From: Candidatus Nomurabacteria bacterium RIFCSPLOWO2_01_FULL_41_18
GTDB taxonomy: Bacteria > Patescibacteriota > Minisyncoccia > Phycocordibacterales > UBA9973
Direction of reading: 5' to 3'
Assembly: GCA_001785865.1 (NCBI GenBank)
Contig: MFUZ01000003.1
Span: 15,048 to 79,047 of the forward strand
DNA: 64,000 nucleotides
Both the position numbers and the translations under genes were made by a program. A model generated the notes under the pieces. The model worked only from the letters and a program-made list of their open reading frames with translations. It had not been told where the DNA came from and searched no databases. Position 1 is the first letter of the stretch. Each line of letters begins with the position of its first letter. This document shows, piece by piece, positions 8,120 through 16,228 of the stretch.

Positions 8120-9718
8120 ATGACTCAAGATCAAGCATTGAATATTTTAAAAACTGGTGCTAATGTTTTTCTCACTGGCGAGCCGGGAGCTGGTAAGACG
8201 CACACAATAAATAATTTTGTGAATTATTTGCGTGCTTGTGATGTTGAGCCGGCTATTACAGCTTCTACGGGCATCGCGGCGACGCATATCGGTGGGATGA
8301 CCATTCATTCTTGGAGTGGTATAGGCATCAAAACAAAACTAGATAAATATGATTTGGACAAAATTGCTAGCAGTGAATATGTTGTGAGGCGTGTTAATCG
8401 CACGAGGGTTTTGATTATAGATGAGGTTTCAATGTTGTCGGAGAATATGCTCAACATGATGGATGCTGTTTGTAGAGAAATAAAACAAAATAGCCAGCCG
8501 TTTGGTGGGATACAGATTATTTTGGTTGGTGATTTTTTTCAGTTGCCGCCAATTGTGAAAAAGGACTTTATAGACGAAAAACAGAATTTGCTTATTAAAA
8601 ATATTGTGAAAAATAACAGTTTTGCATATGAATCAGGCGCATGGGAACGTGCACGACTAATTGTTTGTTATCTTTCTGAACAACATCGCCAAGATGATGC
8701 TGATTTTCTGTCTGTACTGGGAGGAATACGAGCCAATAATTTTTCGCAATCACACAGGAATCACATAAATACTAGAAAAATTAATTTAGATAGTCAGCCT
8801 GCGAATATTACAAAACTTTTCTCACACAATGTGGATGTGGACAAAGTAAACAATACTGAACTTGTAAAATTAGACGCAGAAGTAAAATCATTTAAAATGT
8901 CTGGAAGTGGAAATGATAAAATAGTTGAAACGCTCAAGAAAGGATGTTTGTCACCAGAGAATTTAGAACTCAAAATAGGTGCTGTGGTGATGTGTACCAA
9001 AAATAATCCAAAAGAAAGATTTGTGAATGGCACTCTTGGTAAGGTGACGGGCTACGAAGAATTTAGTGGAAACCCGATTATTAAAACCAAGAATGGACGG
9101 AATATTGTTGTTGCGCCTATGGATTGGACAGTGGAAGAGAACGGTAAAATTCGCGCGCAAATAACTCAAGTTCCGCTTCGATTGGCTTGGGCTATCACAG
9201 TGCACAAGAGCCAGGGGATGAGTATGGATGCGGCGGTGATGGATCTCTCGCAAGTGTTTGAATTTGGGCAGGGGTATGTGGCACTTTCCCGAGTGCGCAG
9301 ACTCTCTGGACTTTATTTGCTTGGCATAAATGAGCATGCGCTCAAAGTGCATCCAGAAATTTTGAAAAAAGATATTGATTTTAAAAACAAGTCGCAAGAA
9401 GCTGTGCAAGTTTTCGGTAAAATTCTGGAAAATGATTTAAAAAAGATGCATGATGATTTCGTGGTGGCTTGCGGAGGGAAGGTGGGGAATTTATCCACCC
9501 CGACGCAAGCGTCACCCCTCAAGAGGGGAATTAAAAATGGATTTGCTGAAATCAGAGAGAAACATCCGAACGCATACAGGCCATGGAACAAAGAACAAGA
9601 CGAAGAACTTAGCAAATTATTTATTTCCGGTTTTAAAATACCAGACCTAATGAAAAAATTTGGCAGAAAAAGGGGAGGGATTTCTGCAAGACTTGAAAAG
9701 CTTGGGTTGGTGAAATAA
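8120..9718 (+). CDS. PIF1/RecD-like SF1B DNA helicase with C-terminal HTH-like domain
   Basis: GEPGAGKT, TASTGIAA, TIHSWSG, IDEVSM, GDFFQLPP, AWAITVHKSQG, YVALSR. Confidence 0.93.
   Translation: MTQDQALNILKTGANVFLTGEPGAGKTHTINNFVNYLRACDVEPAITASTGIAATHIGGMTIHSWSGIGIKTKLDKYDLDKIASSEYVVRRVNRTRVLIIDEVSMLSENMLNMMDAVCREIKQNSQPFGGIQIILVGDFFQLPPIVKKDFIDEKQNLLIKNIVKNNSFAYESGAWERARLIVCYLSEQHRQDDADFLSVLGGIRANNFSQSHRNHINTRKINLDSQPANITKLFSHNVDVDKVNNTELVKLDAEVKSFKMSGSGNDKIVETLKKGCLSPENLELKIGAVVMCTKNNPKERFVNGTLGKVTGYEEFSGNPIIKTKNGRNIVVAPMDWTVEENGKIRAQITQVPLRLAWAITVHKSQGMSMDAAVMDLSQVFEFGQGYVALSRVRRLSGLYLLGINEHALKVHPEILKKDIDFKNKSQEAVQVFGKILENDLKKMHDDFVVACGGKVGNLSTPTQASPLKRGIKNGFAEIREKHPNAYRPWNKEQDEELSKLFISGFKIPDLMKKFGRKRGGISARLEKLGLVK
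9484..9531. repeat. REP-like double hairpin inside the helicase ORF
   Basis: CCACCCC-GACGC-AA-GCGTC-ACCCCTC-AA-GAGGGGA, bounded by GGGGAAT direct repeats; read in frame as STPTQASPLKRG. Confidence 0.6.
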
Positions 9719-9752
9719 GTGCGTAATGTATTATGTAATATATTACGTAACT
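9714..9752. repeat. TTACGTAA palindrome family, copy C
   Basis: 36/39 identical to 11874-11912; contains the helicase stop codon. Confidence 0.9.
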
Positions 9753-9808
9753 TTAGTAGAAAAATAGACTGGATTACGGCATGACTGGAAAAGCATGGAT
9801 TGGGATAG
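9752..9808 (+). pseudogene. Degenerate duplicate of the helicase 3' end
   Basis: Translates FSRKIDWITA*LEKHGLG* versus helicase C-terminus FGRKRGGISARLEKLGLVK* (9659-9718). Confidence 0.65.
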
Positions 9809-9830
9809 TATTTTACCATTACGAAATTGC

Positions 9831-9859
9831 TTGACATTTTATATAAATGGGTATATACT
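9831..9859 (+). promoter_or_regulatory. Sigma70 promoter for the GHKL ATPase operon
   Basis: TTGACA (9831-9836), 17-nt spacer, TATACT (9854-9859). Confidence 0.75.
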
Positions 9860-10041
9860 TTTTATATTATTAATTTAATTATAGTTTTGGTGGCACTTTA
9901 GGGTGCTATCGAGGCTTTCAAAAATTTATGACTACTTGATATATATTTGGTTTGCAGGAATATTCTGTATTTCTGCGTTTTTAGCTGTTTATTAACTAAT
10001 AAGTCTTGGTGGCAAAAGCTATCGAGGTAAAGAATAAAAAT

Positions 10042-11583
10042 ATGGAAACAATAAAATACAACAAAGAAAACACACCAAACGCTGCTAAATTAATGGAATC
10101 TCTTAGGTATAGTGGTTATGACAACAATATTGCAATAGCTGATCTTATAGATAACTCACTTGACGCTAATGCTACAAATATAAACATTGAAATAAATCTA
10201 GATTCAAAAAAAGAAGAGCATATCGTTATAATAGATGACGGTTCGGGTATGGACGAGGAAACACTAGGACAGGCTCTTCGTTTGGGCTCTATTACTCATC
10301 GAAATGTGGAATCAGATTTAGGTAGATTCGGTATGGGAATGGTAACCGCTTCTATTTCCATAGCAAAAAGAATTGAAGTATTTACCAAACAGAAAGACAA
10401 ACCAATGCTTACCAGCATTATGGATCTTGAAGAAATGGCAAAAAGTAACAACTTCAATGTTTATAGGGAAAAATCTACCTCAGAAGAAATTAAATTTGCT
10501 AAACATCGTGGACTTGAAGATTCCGGAACTATTTTGGTATTAAGAAAATGTGATAAATTAACGAAATCAGGTGTTGTAGAATTTACGGACTCTCTTAGAA
10601 AAGATGTTGGAGAGACTTATCGTTATTTCTTAAGATCTGGTAAAAAAATTACAATAAATAATAAGTTAGTGGAAATTGTCGATCCAATGTGGACGGACGG
10701 AGGACTCACAAAGGAATACAAACAAAAGTCGGAAATCTTCAGTGATGAAAGATATGAAATAAAAATCGATGGCGCAGACAGCAAAGAGTCTTTTGCAGTT
10801 AAAATTTATGTTCTTCCGCAATTTGACCAAAGTGTAATGCGAAAATTAAAAATCAATGTCAAGAATCAAGGGTTTTATATTTTAAGGAATTATAGACAAA
10901 TATCTAAAGCAGATCATTTGGGTGGATTATGGGAACAACACAATGATCTAAACCGAGTCAGGGTAGAGGTAATATTTTCTGGAACGTTAGATTCGGCTAT
11001 GGGAGTTAATTACACAAAGCATAATATAAAACCAATACAAGCTATAGTGGATAAGTTTCAAAGTGACATCATGCCTCAGATTGACACTCTTAGAAAGAGG
11101 TTCAAAAAGGATACAAAAAGAGAGTCAGCAAAAGACCTGAATTTTTCTGAAGCAGAAAGAATTATTTCACAGAAAAATAAATTACTAGATAAAGCTGAAC
11201 CAGATAAAAAGGGTAAACCTACTCCTATAAATCCAGTTGTAAAAAGACCGAAAACGAAAGTTGAGGAAGAAGTAATAAAAAGAGGAAGACCCAGTTTGGC
11301 ACACCTTGCGAGATTTGAATCACATAGTTTTGGTCTGACTGGCCCTATTTTTGAAGTTGAAAAACAGGGCAAAATTACTATTATTCAATGGAATATCGAT
11401 CATCCTTTTTACGAAAGATTTCTTATAGAATATAAAGATAATATAGATCTGGTAAATGCTGTATCATTTCTTGCTTACTCTCTTGGAGAATCAAAACTAA
11501 AATATAGTAGCGATGAAACCTACGAGATGTTGGAAAACATTATGAGTACCATCTCTACAAATTTAAGGGTATTATTAAGTTAA
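10042..11583 (+). CDS. MORC-like GHKL (HATPase_c_3-type) ATPase
   Basis: ESLRYSGY, ADLIDNSLDA, DDGSGM, LGRFGMG, SGT motifs; S5-like region QGFYILRNYRQI; WNIDHPFY; start set to ATG 10042. Confidence 0.88.
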   Translation: METIKYNKENTPNAAKLMESLRYSGYDNNIAIADLIDNSLDANATNINIEINLDSKKEEHIVIIDDGSGMDEETLGQALRLGSITHRNVESDLGRFGMGMVTASISIAKRIEVFTKQKDKPMLTSIMDLEEMAKSNNFNVYREKSTSEEIKFAKHRGLEDSGTILVLRKCDKLTKSGVVEFTDSLRKDVGETYRYFLRSGKKITINNKLVEIVDPMWTDGGLTKEYKQKSEIFSDERYEIKIDGADSKESFAVKIYVLPQFDQSVMRKLKINVKNQGFYILRNYRQISKADHLGGLWEQHNDLNRVRVEVIFSGTLDSAMGVNYTKHNIKPIQAIVDKFQSDIMPQIDTLRKRFKKDTKRESAKDLNFSEAERIISQKNKLLDKAEPDKKGKPTPINPVVKRPKTKVEEEVIKRGRPSLAHLARFESHSFGLTGPIFEVEKQGKITIIQWNIDHPFYERFLIEYKDNIDLVNAVSFLAYSLGESKLKYSSDETYEMLENIMSTISTNLRVLLS

Positions 11584-11592
11584 AAAAAATAT

Positions 11593-11841
11593 ATGATGTC
11601 AAAATGTACATGTAATAGTTTCAGATTTGAGCTAAAAGAAGCCTCTCCTGAAAATTCTAGATATAAATTTTATTTCATTCAATGTGCATTATGTGGAAAT
11701 CCGATTGGAGTTACGGATTATTATCATACACATACAGCGATAGAAGCTATGAAAAAAGAAATTGAATCTAAGATAAGAAATATAGAGTCAAGTCTTGTAA
11801 ATATCGAACATTCATTAAGAGCAATTACTAATAAGCAATAA
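11593..11841 (+). CDS. Small Zn-ribbon protein with C-terminal coiled coil
   Basis: CTC...CALC cysteine pairs; heptad-like tail; 9 nt after the ATPase stop. Confidence 0.7.
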   Translation: MMSKCTCNSFRFELKEASPENSRYKFYFIQCALCGNPIGVTDYYHTHTAIEAMKKEIESKIRNIESSLVNIEHSLRAITNKQ

Positions 11842-11870
11842 AAGAATTAATAATTCTTTTCATTCCATGC

Positions 11871-11913
11871 TACAATAAGTACGTAATGTATTACGTAATA
11901 CATTACGTAACTA
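11871..11913. promoter_or_regulatory. TTACGTAA palindrome copy D: putative operator just downstream of an extended -10
   Basis: TGCTACAAT followed by perfect 30-bp palindrome TACGTAATGTATTACGTAATACATTACGTA (11880-11909), ending 5 nt before an ATG. Confidence 0.85.
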
Positions 11914-11914
11914 A

Positions 11915-12091
11915 ATGCCTACACAAAAACTTATAAATCAAAATGTTCGGAAGATAACCAAACTTGGCGGGAAGTCTTTAGCTGTGACTTTGCCTAGAGA
12001 ATTGGTGACAAAGCTCGGATGGAAAGAAAAACAAAAAGTGACAGTCAAAAGAGTCCGAGGCGGGTTGCTGATTAAAGATTGGAAGAAATAG
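11915..12091 (+). CDS. AbrB/MazE/SpoVT-family DNA-binding protein (58 aa, not in ORF track)
   Basis: MPTQKLINQNVRKITKLGGKSLAVTLPRELVTKLGWKEKQKVTVKRVRGGLLIKDWKK matches the swapped-hairpin pattern RKIxKxGxSLxVTLPxExxxxLG. Confidence 0.85.
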   Translation: MPTQKLINQNVRKITKLGGKSLAVTLPRELVTKLGWKEKQKVTVKRVRGGLLIKDWKK

Positions 12092-12098
12092 ATAAAAC

Positions 12099-12127
12099 TT
12101 GCATTTTTAACATAGCCGTGCTATGGT
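12099..12127 (+). promoter_or_regulatory. Sigma70-like promoter
   Basis: TTGCAT-17 nt-TATGGT with extended TG. Confidence 0.55.
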
Positions 12128-12203
12128 GTTGGCTGTTCGTTCTTAGTTTTTAGTGTTCTTAACCTCACAACCAACAACCAAACTGCAGTAGTTTTTGTTT
12201 CTT

Positions 12204-12578
12204 ATGACCAAAATAGCAATATGGGAGTCACATCCCATCTTTTCGGAGGCAGTAGTCTCGTTAAAAACCGAACTTCCACTGTGTCACTTGTGGCACATGT
12301 ATGCCATAGCATGGAAGTGTGTCGTAAATGTTGCTGAGTACGGGCCGGCTTTAAGAAGCCTAAACCCGGACGAGCTCGATATGTACGATTTTCATGAGGT
12401 GGCACTTGGTCAGGTTGGAGTTCAACTTGATCAGGCTTCACAGAAAACACGGGATTACCGGTGTCTTCTCTTGATTTACAGCATCAATGTCGAGGTTTCA
12501 ACTTTGGTGACCCACTTCTTGGCGTCCATCGTCCGGCATCTGCAAGCAATCACACCCCAGCTTGCAACAAACAAATAA
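12204..12578 (+). CDS. Hypothetical protein (ORFan)
   Basis: Open frame with its own promoter and terminator; no recognisable motif. Confidence 0.5.
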   Translation: MTKIAIWESHPIFSEAVVSLKTELPLCHLWHMYAIAWKCVVNVAEYGPALRSLNPDELDMYDFHEVALGQVGVQLDQASQKTRDYRCLLLIYSINVEVSTLVTHFLASIVRHLQAITPQLATNK

Positions 12579-12594
12579 GGGGGATCAATTTCAC

Positions 12595-12634
12595 GAAGCC
12601 GTGGCCAATAAAGGTCCACGGTCTTCTCTTTTTT
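12595..12634 (+). terminator. Intrinsic terminator
   Basis: GAAGCCGTGG...CCACGGTCTTC stem followed by a T-run. Confidence 0.7.
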
Positions 12635-12696
12635 AGGGCAAAAAAATAGAATAAAAAAGTGTAAAAACAGATATTTTGTGCTAAAATCAGGCAATA

Positions 12697-15600
12697 ATGG
12701 CTGAAAACGAAGAAAACAATCCCGTGCGAAACAACGGTTCACAAAGTGAACCTGTTTCTAACGGGACAAGTAAAAAAAGTGAAGTAGCTTTAAGAGAAGA
12801 AAAAGTTCTTGAATTTTGGCATAAAAATAAAATTTTTGAAAGGTCTTTGGAGAAAAAATCCCCAAAGGGACGCTACGTTTTTTATGACGGCCCCCCCTTT
12901 GCCACGGGGCAGATTCATTATGGACATATTTTAGGCAGTACGGCGAAGGATGTCATCGGCAGATATCGGACTATGCAGGGATACTATGTGCCGAGGAAAT
13001 GGGGGTGGGATTGCCATGGTTTACCGATTGAAAATATAGTTGAAAAAGAATTAGGCATCGCCGGCCACGTCGAGATTGAAAAATACGGAATTGATAAATT
13101 TGTTGAATACGCGAGGAGTAAGGTTTTGCAGTACGACAAGGATTGGGAAAAGGGAATCGAGCGAATTGGACGCTGGGTGGATTTTCAAGGTGGGTATAAA
13201 ACCATGGATAATACCTTCATTGAATCCGTCTGGTGGGCATTGTCTGAACTTAATAAAAAAGATCTTATTTATGAAGGTGTGAGAGTGCTGGCCTATTGTC
13301 CGAGATGCGAGACGCCTATAGCCAACTCTGAAATCGCGATGGATAACAGTTATAAAGATATTTCCGATATTTCGGTGTACGTAAAATTTGAATTGGAAGA
13401 TGAACCGGGGACATATCTGCTCGCTTGGACGACGACCCCGTGGACTTTGCCAGGCAACACAGCTATCGCCATAAATAAAAATATTGTCTATGTGAAGGTG
13501 AAAGTCGAAAATGACGTGATTATCCTTGCCAAGGATACCCTATCAAATGCTCTTAAAAACAAAGAATATTACTTGCTCGGGGAAATCAAGGGGGAAGGAC
13601 TCATAGGCAAGAGATATATCCCGGTTTTTCCATATTATCGAACTTCAAATGAAGCTCAGAGTAAAAACATTTGGAAAGTGTGGCATGCGGATTTTGTGAC
13701 CGCGGATCAAGGTACAGGTCTGGCCCATGAAGCGCCGGCATTCGGTGAAGACGATATGAATCTCGCGAAGCAAAATAATATTCCTTGGATAATTCATGTT
13801 GATGAAACCGGAAAGTTCAAAAAAGAAGTTTCAGATTTCGCTGGGTTGCTAGTGAAACCAAAATCGTCCGAAAAAGACGGCCATCAAAAATCCGACATTG
13901 AGGTAATAAAATACTTGGCAAAAAATAATTTTCTCTTTGCTAAAGAGAAAATAATCCATCCCTATCCGCATTGTTATCGATGTGAAACGCCGATCATATA
14001 TTACGCGTTGCCTTCTTGGTTTATTAACATTCAAAAAGAAAAAGAAAATATTCTCACACAAGGGAGGAGTCTCAACTGGATTCCAGCTCATTTGAAAGAG
14101 GGAAGATTTAAAAATATCTCAGAGAATGCTCCAGACTGGAATATCTCAAGAAACCGCTACTGGGCGAGTCCGTTGCCTATTTGGAAGTGCGACAAATGCA
14201 AACAAAAAACCTTCGTCAGTTCTCTCAAAGATTTAAAAGAAAAAACAAAAAAATCCGGCAATAAATATTTTGTGATGCGACATGGGGAGGCAATGTACAA
14301 TGCCAAACACCTTGATGATCCAAAAGGAGATCCCGACAATCATTTGACAAAGCAGGGCGAGGGTGAGACGGTTGCGGCCGCGAAAAAATTAAAAAGCGAA
14401 AAAATCGACATTATATTTTCTTCTCCATTTTTGCGCACCAGGGAAACGGCGGAAATTTTAAGGCGTGAACTTGGCTTCGGAGAAGAGCAATTGATTATAG
14501 ATGAAAGATTGCACGAGATAAACGAAGAGGACCAAAATTTGGTGGCTAAAAGAATGGGTGATTTCATTTATAGTACAGAAAAAAAATTTCAAGGGAAAAA
14601 TATTATTGTGATTTCACATGGCAATCCCATTTGGACCTTGCAAAGGATTGTGGCCGGCGTACCGCATGCCGATTTTTCAGAAAAACAAATGTTGAATACG
14701 GGGGAGGCCGAAGAATTGAATTTCATTCCATTTCCCCACAACGCAAATTATGAGCTAGACTTGCACCGGCCGTACATTGATCAAGTTCCTCTCGTGTGTA
14801 GTTGTGCTGGCAGTCTAACGCGTATACCAGAAGTGTTGGATTGTTGGTTTGAATCTGGTTCGATGCCTTTCGCGCAAGATCATTATCCGTTTAAAAATCT
14901 AGAATGGAAAAAAAATAATTTTCCGGCAGCTTTTGTCGCTGAATACATAGCTCAGACAAGAACTTGGTTTTATTATACCCACGTAGTATCTGCAATACTT
15001 TTCAAACAGGCACCTTTTAAAAATATTGTGACGACCGGGACTTTGCGCGCAGAAGACGGAGAAAAAATGTCCAAATCCAAAAATAATTATCCAGATCCTT
15101 GGATTTTTATAAATAAATACGGCGTCGATGCGCTGCGTCTTTACCTGATGTCTTCAACTCTGATGAAAGGCGAGGATGCTAATTTCTCGGAAAAAGCAGT
15201 GCAAGACATTGCCACTAAAATAATCGGGCGACTTTTTAATGTTTTTGCCTTTTATGAAATATATCGAAATAAAACACTGGAAAAAAATGACAAACCTAGG
15301 TCAAAAAATGTTCTAGATATTTGGATCTTGTCTAGATTTGAGCAAATTTTAAATGAAATTACCAAAGGGATGGAAAATTATGATTTGGCCGAAGCGACCA
15401 GGCCAATAGATTTATTTGTGGATGATCTTTCTACTTGGTATTTGCGTCGTTCACGAGAGAGGATAAAAGAAGAGGCCGCAAACCCCGCCAGGGAGGACGG
15501 GGCAAGGCAAACTTTATATTTTGTTCTAAAAACGCTTTCAAAACTTATGGCCCCTTTTGCGCCTTTTACTGCAGAGGATATTTGGCTTAAATTGAGGACT

Positions 15601-16227
15601 GGCTACGTTCCAGTGGACGGTACGCGGCATGATTTCGCTAAATCAGATGCAGAAAGTGTGCATCTAGAAAATTGGCCCAGTGTGTCAAGGGGCATCTTTG
15701 ACATTTTTGGAAATGGAAAGAGTAAAGTTCTGGAAGAGATGTTAATAGCTAGAGAAATTTGTACAATTGGAAATGCTGAAAGACAGAAAATTAATATTCC
15801 TGTGCGTCAGCCATTACAAACACTCTTAATTAAAGATGCAGCATTTAATCTAATATCAAAAAATAATCAAATATTAAATTTGATTAAAGAAGAGTTAAAT
15901 ATAAAAAATATAGTTTTCGATAATTCAGTAAAAAAGGGGAATAAGAGCATAACTTTGGATACGAATATCACTCCAGAATTAAAACAAGAAGGGGATTATA
16001 GGGAGCTGGTACGAGCACTACAAGATATGCGTAAAAAGATGGGGTTGACGCCTAGCGATGTAGTAAAAATTGTACTTGACACTAATGAGACAGGACAAAA
16101 ATTAATAGAAAAATTTGCGTCAGATTTAAAAAAGACTGTTCTTGTGTCTCAAATTAAATTTGAAAATAACGATGGGCAAGAAGTGAAAATAGATGATTTA
16201 AATTTCAAAGTTAAGATAGAAAGATAG
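12697..16227 (+). CDS. ileS: Isoleucine--tRNA ligase (type 2-like) with inserted histidine-phosphatase domain
   Basis: DGPPFATG.IHYGH, GWDCHGLPIE, WTTTPWTLP, DWNISRNRYW, KMSKS; insert RHGEA...SSPFLRT.ETA...SHG at ~14263-14724. Confidence 0.96.
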   Translation: MAENEENNPVRNNGSQSEPVSNGTSKKSEVALREEKVLEFWHKNKIFERSLEKKSPKGRYVFYDGPPFATGQIHYGHILGSTAKDVIGRYRTMQGYYVPRKWGWDCHGLPIENIVEKELGIAGHVEIEKYGIDKFVEYARSKVLQYDKDWEKGIERIGRWVDFQGGYKTMDNTFIESVWWALSELNKKDLIYEGVRVLAYCPRCETPIANSEIAMDNSYKDISDISVYVKFELEDEPGTYLLAWTTTPWTLPGNTAIAINKNIVYVKVKVENDVIILAKDTLSNALKNKEYYLLGEIKGEGLIGKRYIPVFPYYRTSNEAQSKNIWKVWHADFVTADQGTGLAHEAPAFGEDDMNLAKQNNIPWIIHVDETGKFKKEVSDFAGLLVKPKSSEKDGHQKSDIEVIKYLAKNNFLFAKEKIIHPYPHCYRCETPIIYYALPSWFINIQKEKENILTQGRSLNWIPAHLKEGRFKNISENAPDWNISRNRYWASPLPIWKCDKCKQKTFVSSLKDLKEKTKKSGNKYFVMRHGEAMYNAKHLDDPKGDPDNHLTKQGEGETVAAAKKLKSEKIDIIFSSPFLRTRETAEILRRELGFGEEQLIIDERLHEINEEDQNLVAKRMGDFIYSTEKKFQGKNIIVISHGNPIWTLQRIVAGVPHADFSEKQMLNTGEAEELNFIPFPHNANYELDLHRPYIDQVPLVCSCAGSLTRIPEVLDCWFESGSMPFAQDHYPFKNLEWKKNNFPAAFVAEYIAQTRTWFYYTHVVSAILFKQAPFKNIVTTGTLRAEDGEKMSKSKNNYPDPWIFINKYGVDALRLYLMSSTLMKGEDANFSEKAVQDIATKIIGRLFNVFAFYEIYRNKTLEKNDKPRSKNVLDIWILSRFEQILNEITKGMENYDLAEATRPIDLFVDDLSTWYLRRSRERIKEEAANPAREDGARQTLYFVLKTLSKLMAPFAPFTAEDIWLKLRTGYVPVDGTRHDFAKSDAESVHLENWPSVSRGIFDIFGNGKSKVLEEMLIAREICTIGNAERQKINIPVRQPLQTLLIKDAAFNLISKNNQILNLIKEELNIKNIVFDNSVKKGNKSITLDTNITPELKQEGDYRELVRALQDMRKKMGLTPSDVVKIVLDTNETGQKLIEKFASDLKKTVLVSQIKFENNDGQEVKIDDLNFKVKIER
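12721..12765. repeat. Palindromic element inserted in frame in the ileS N-terminus
   Basis: CCCGTGCGAAACA..GGTTCAC-AAA-GTGAACC-TGTTTCTAACGGG; 45 nt = PVRNNGSQSEPVSNG. Confidence 0.7.
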
Positions 16228-16228
16228 T

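Noticed and set aside
9714-9752. Chromosomal dif site
   Set aside because: Only loose similarity: 4-bp rather than 6-bp centre, no TTATGTTAAAT arm, and it belongs to a multi-copy family.
7154-11913. TTACGTAA repeats as a CRISPR array or classical integron
   Set aside because: Spacing is 0.9-2.2 kb with whole genes between copies; no GTTRRRY/RYYYAAC attC structure and no integrase seen.
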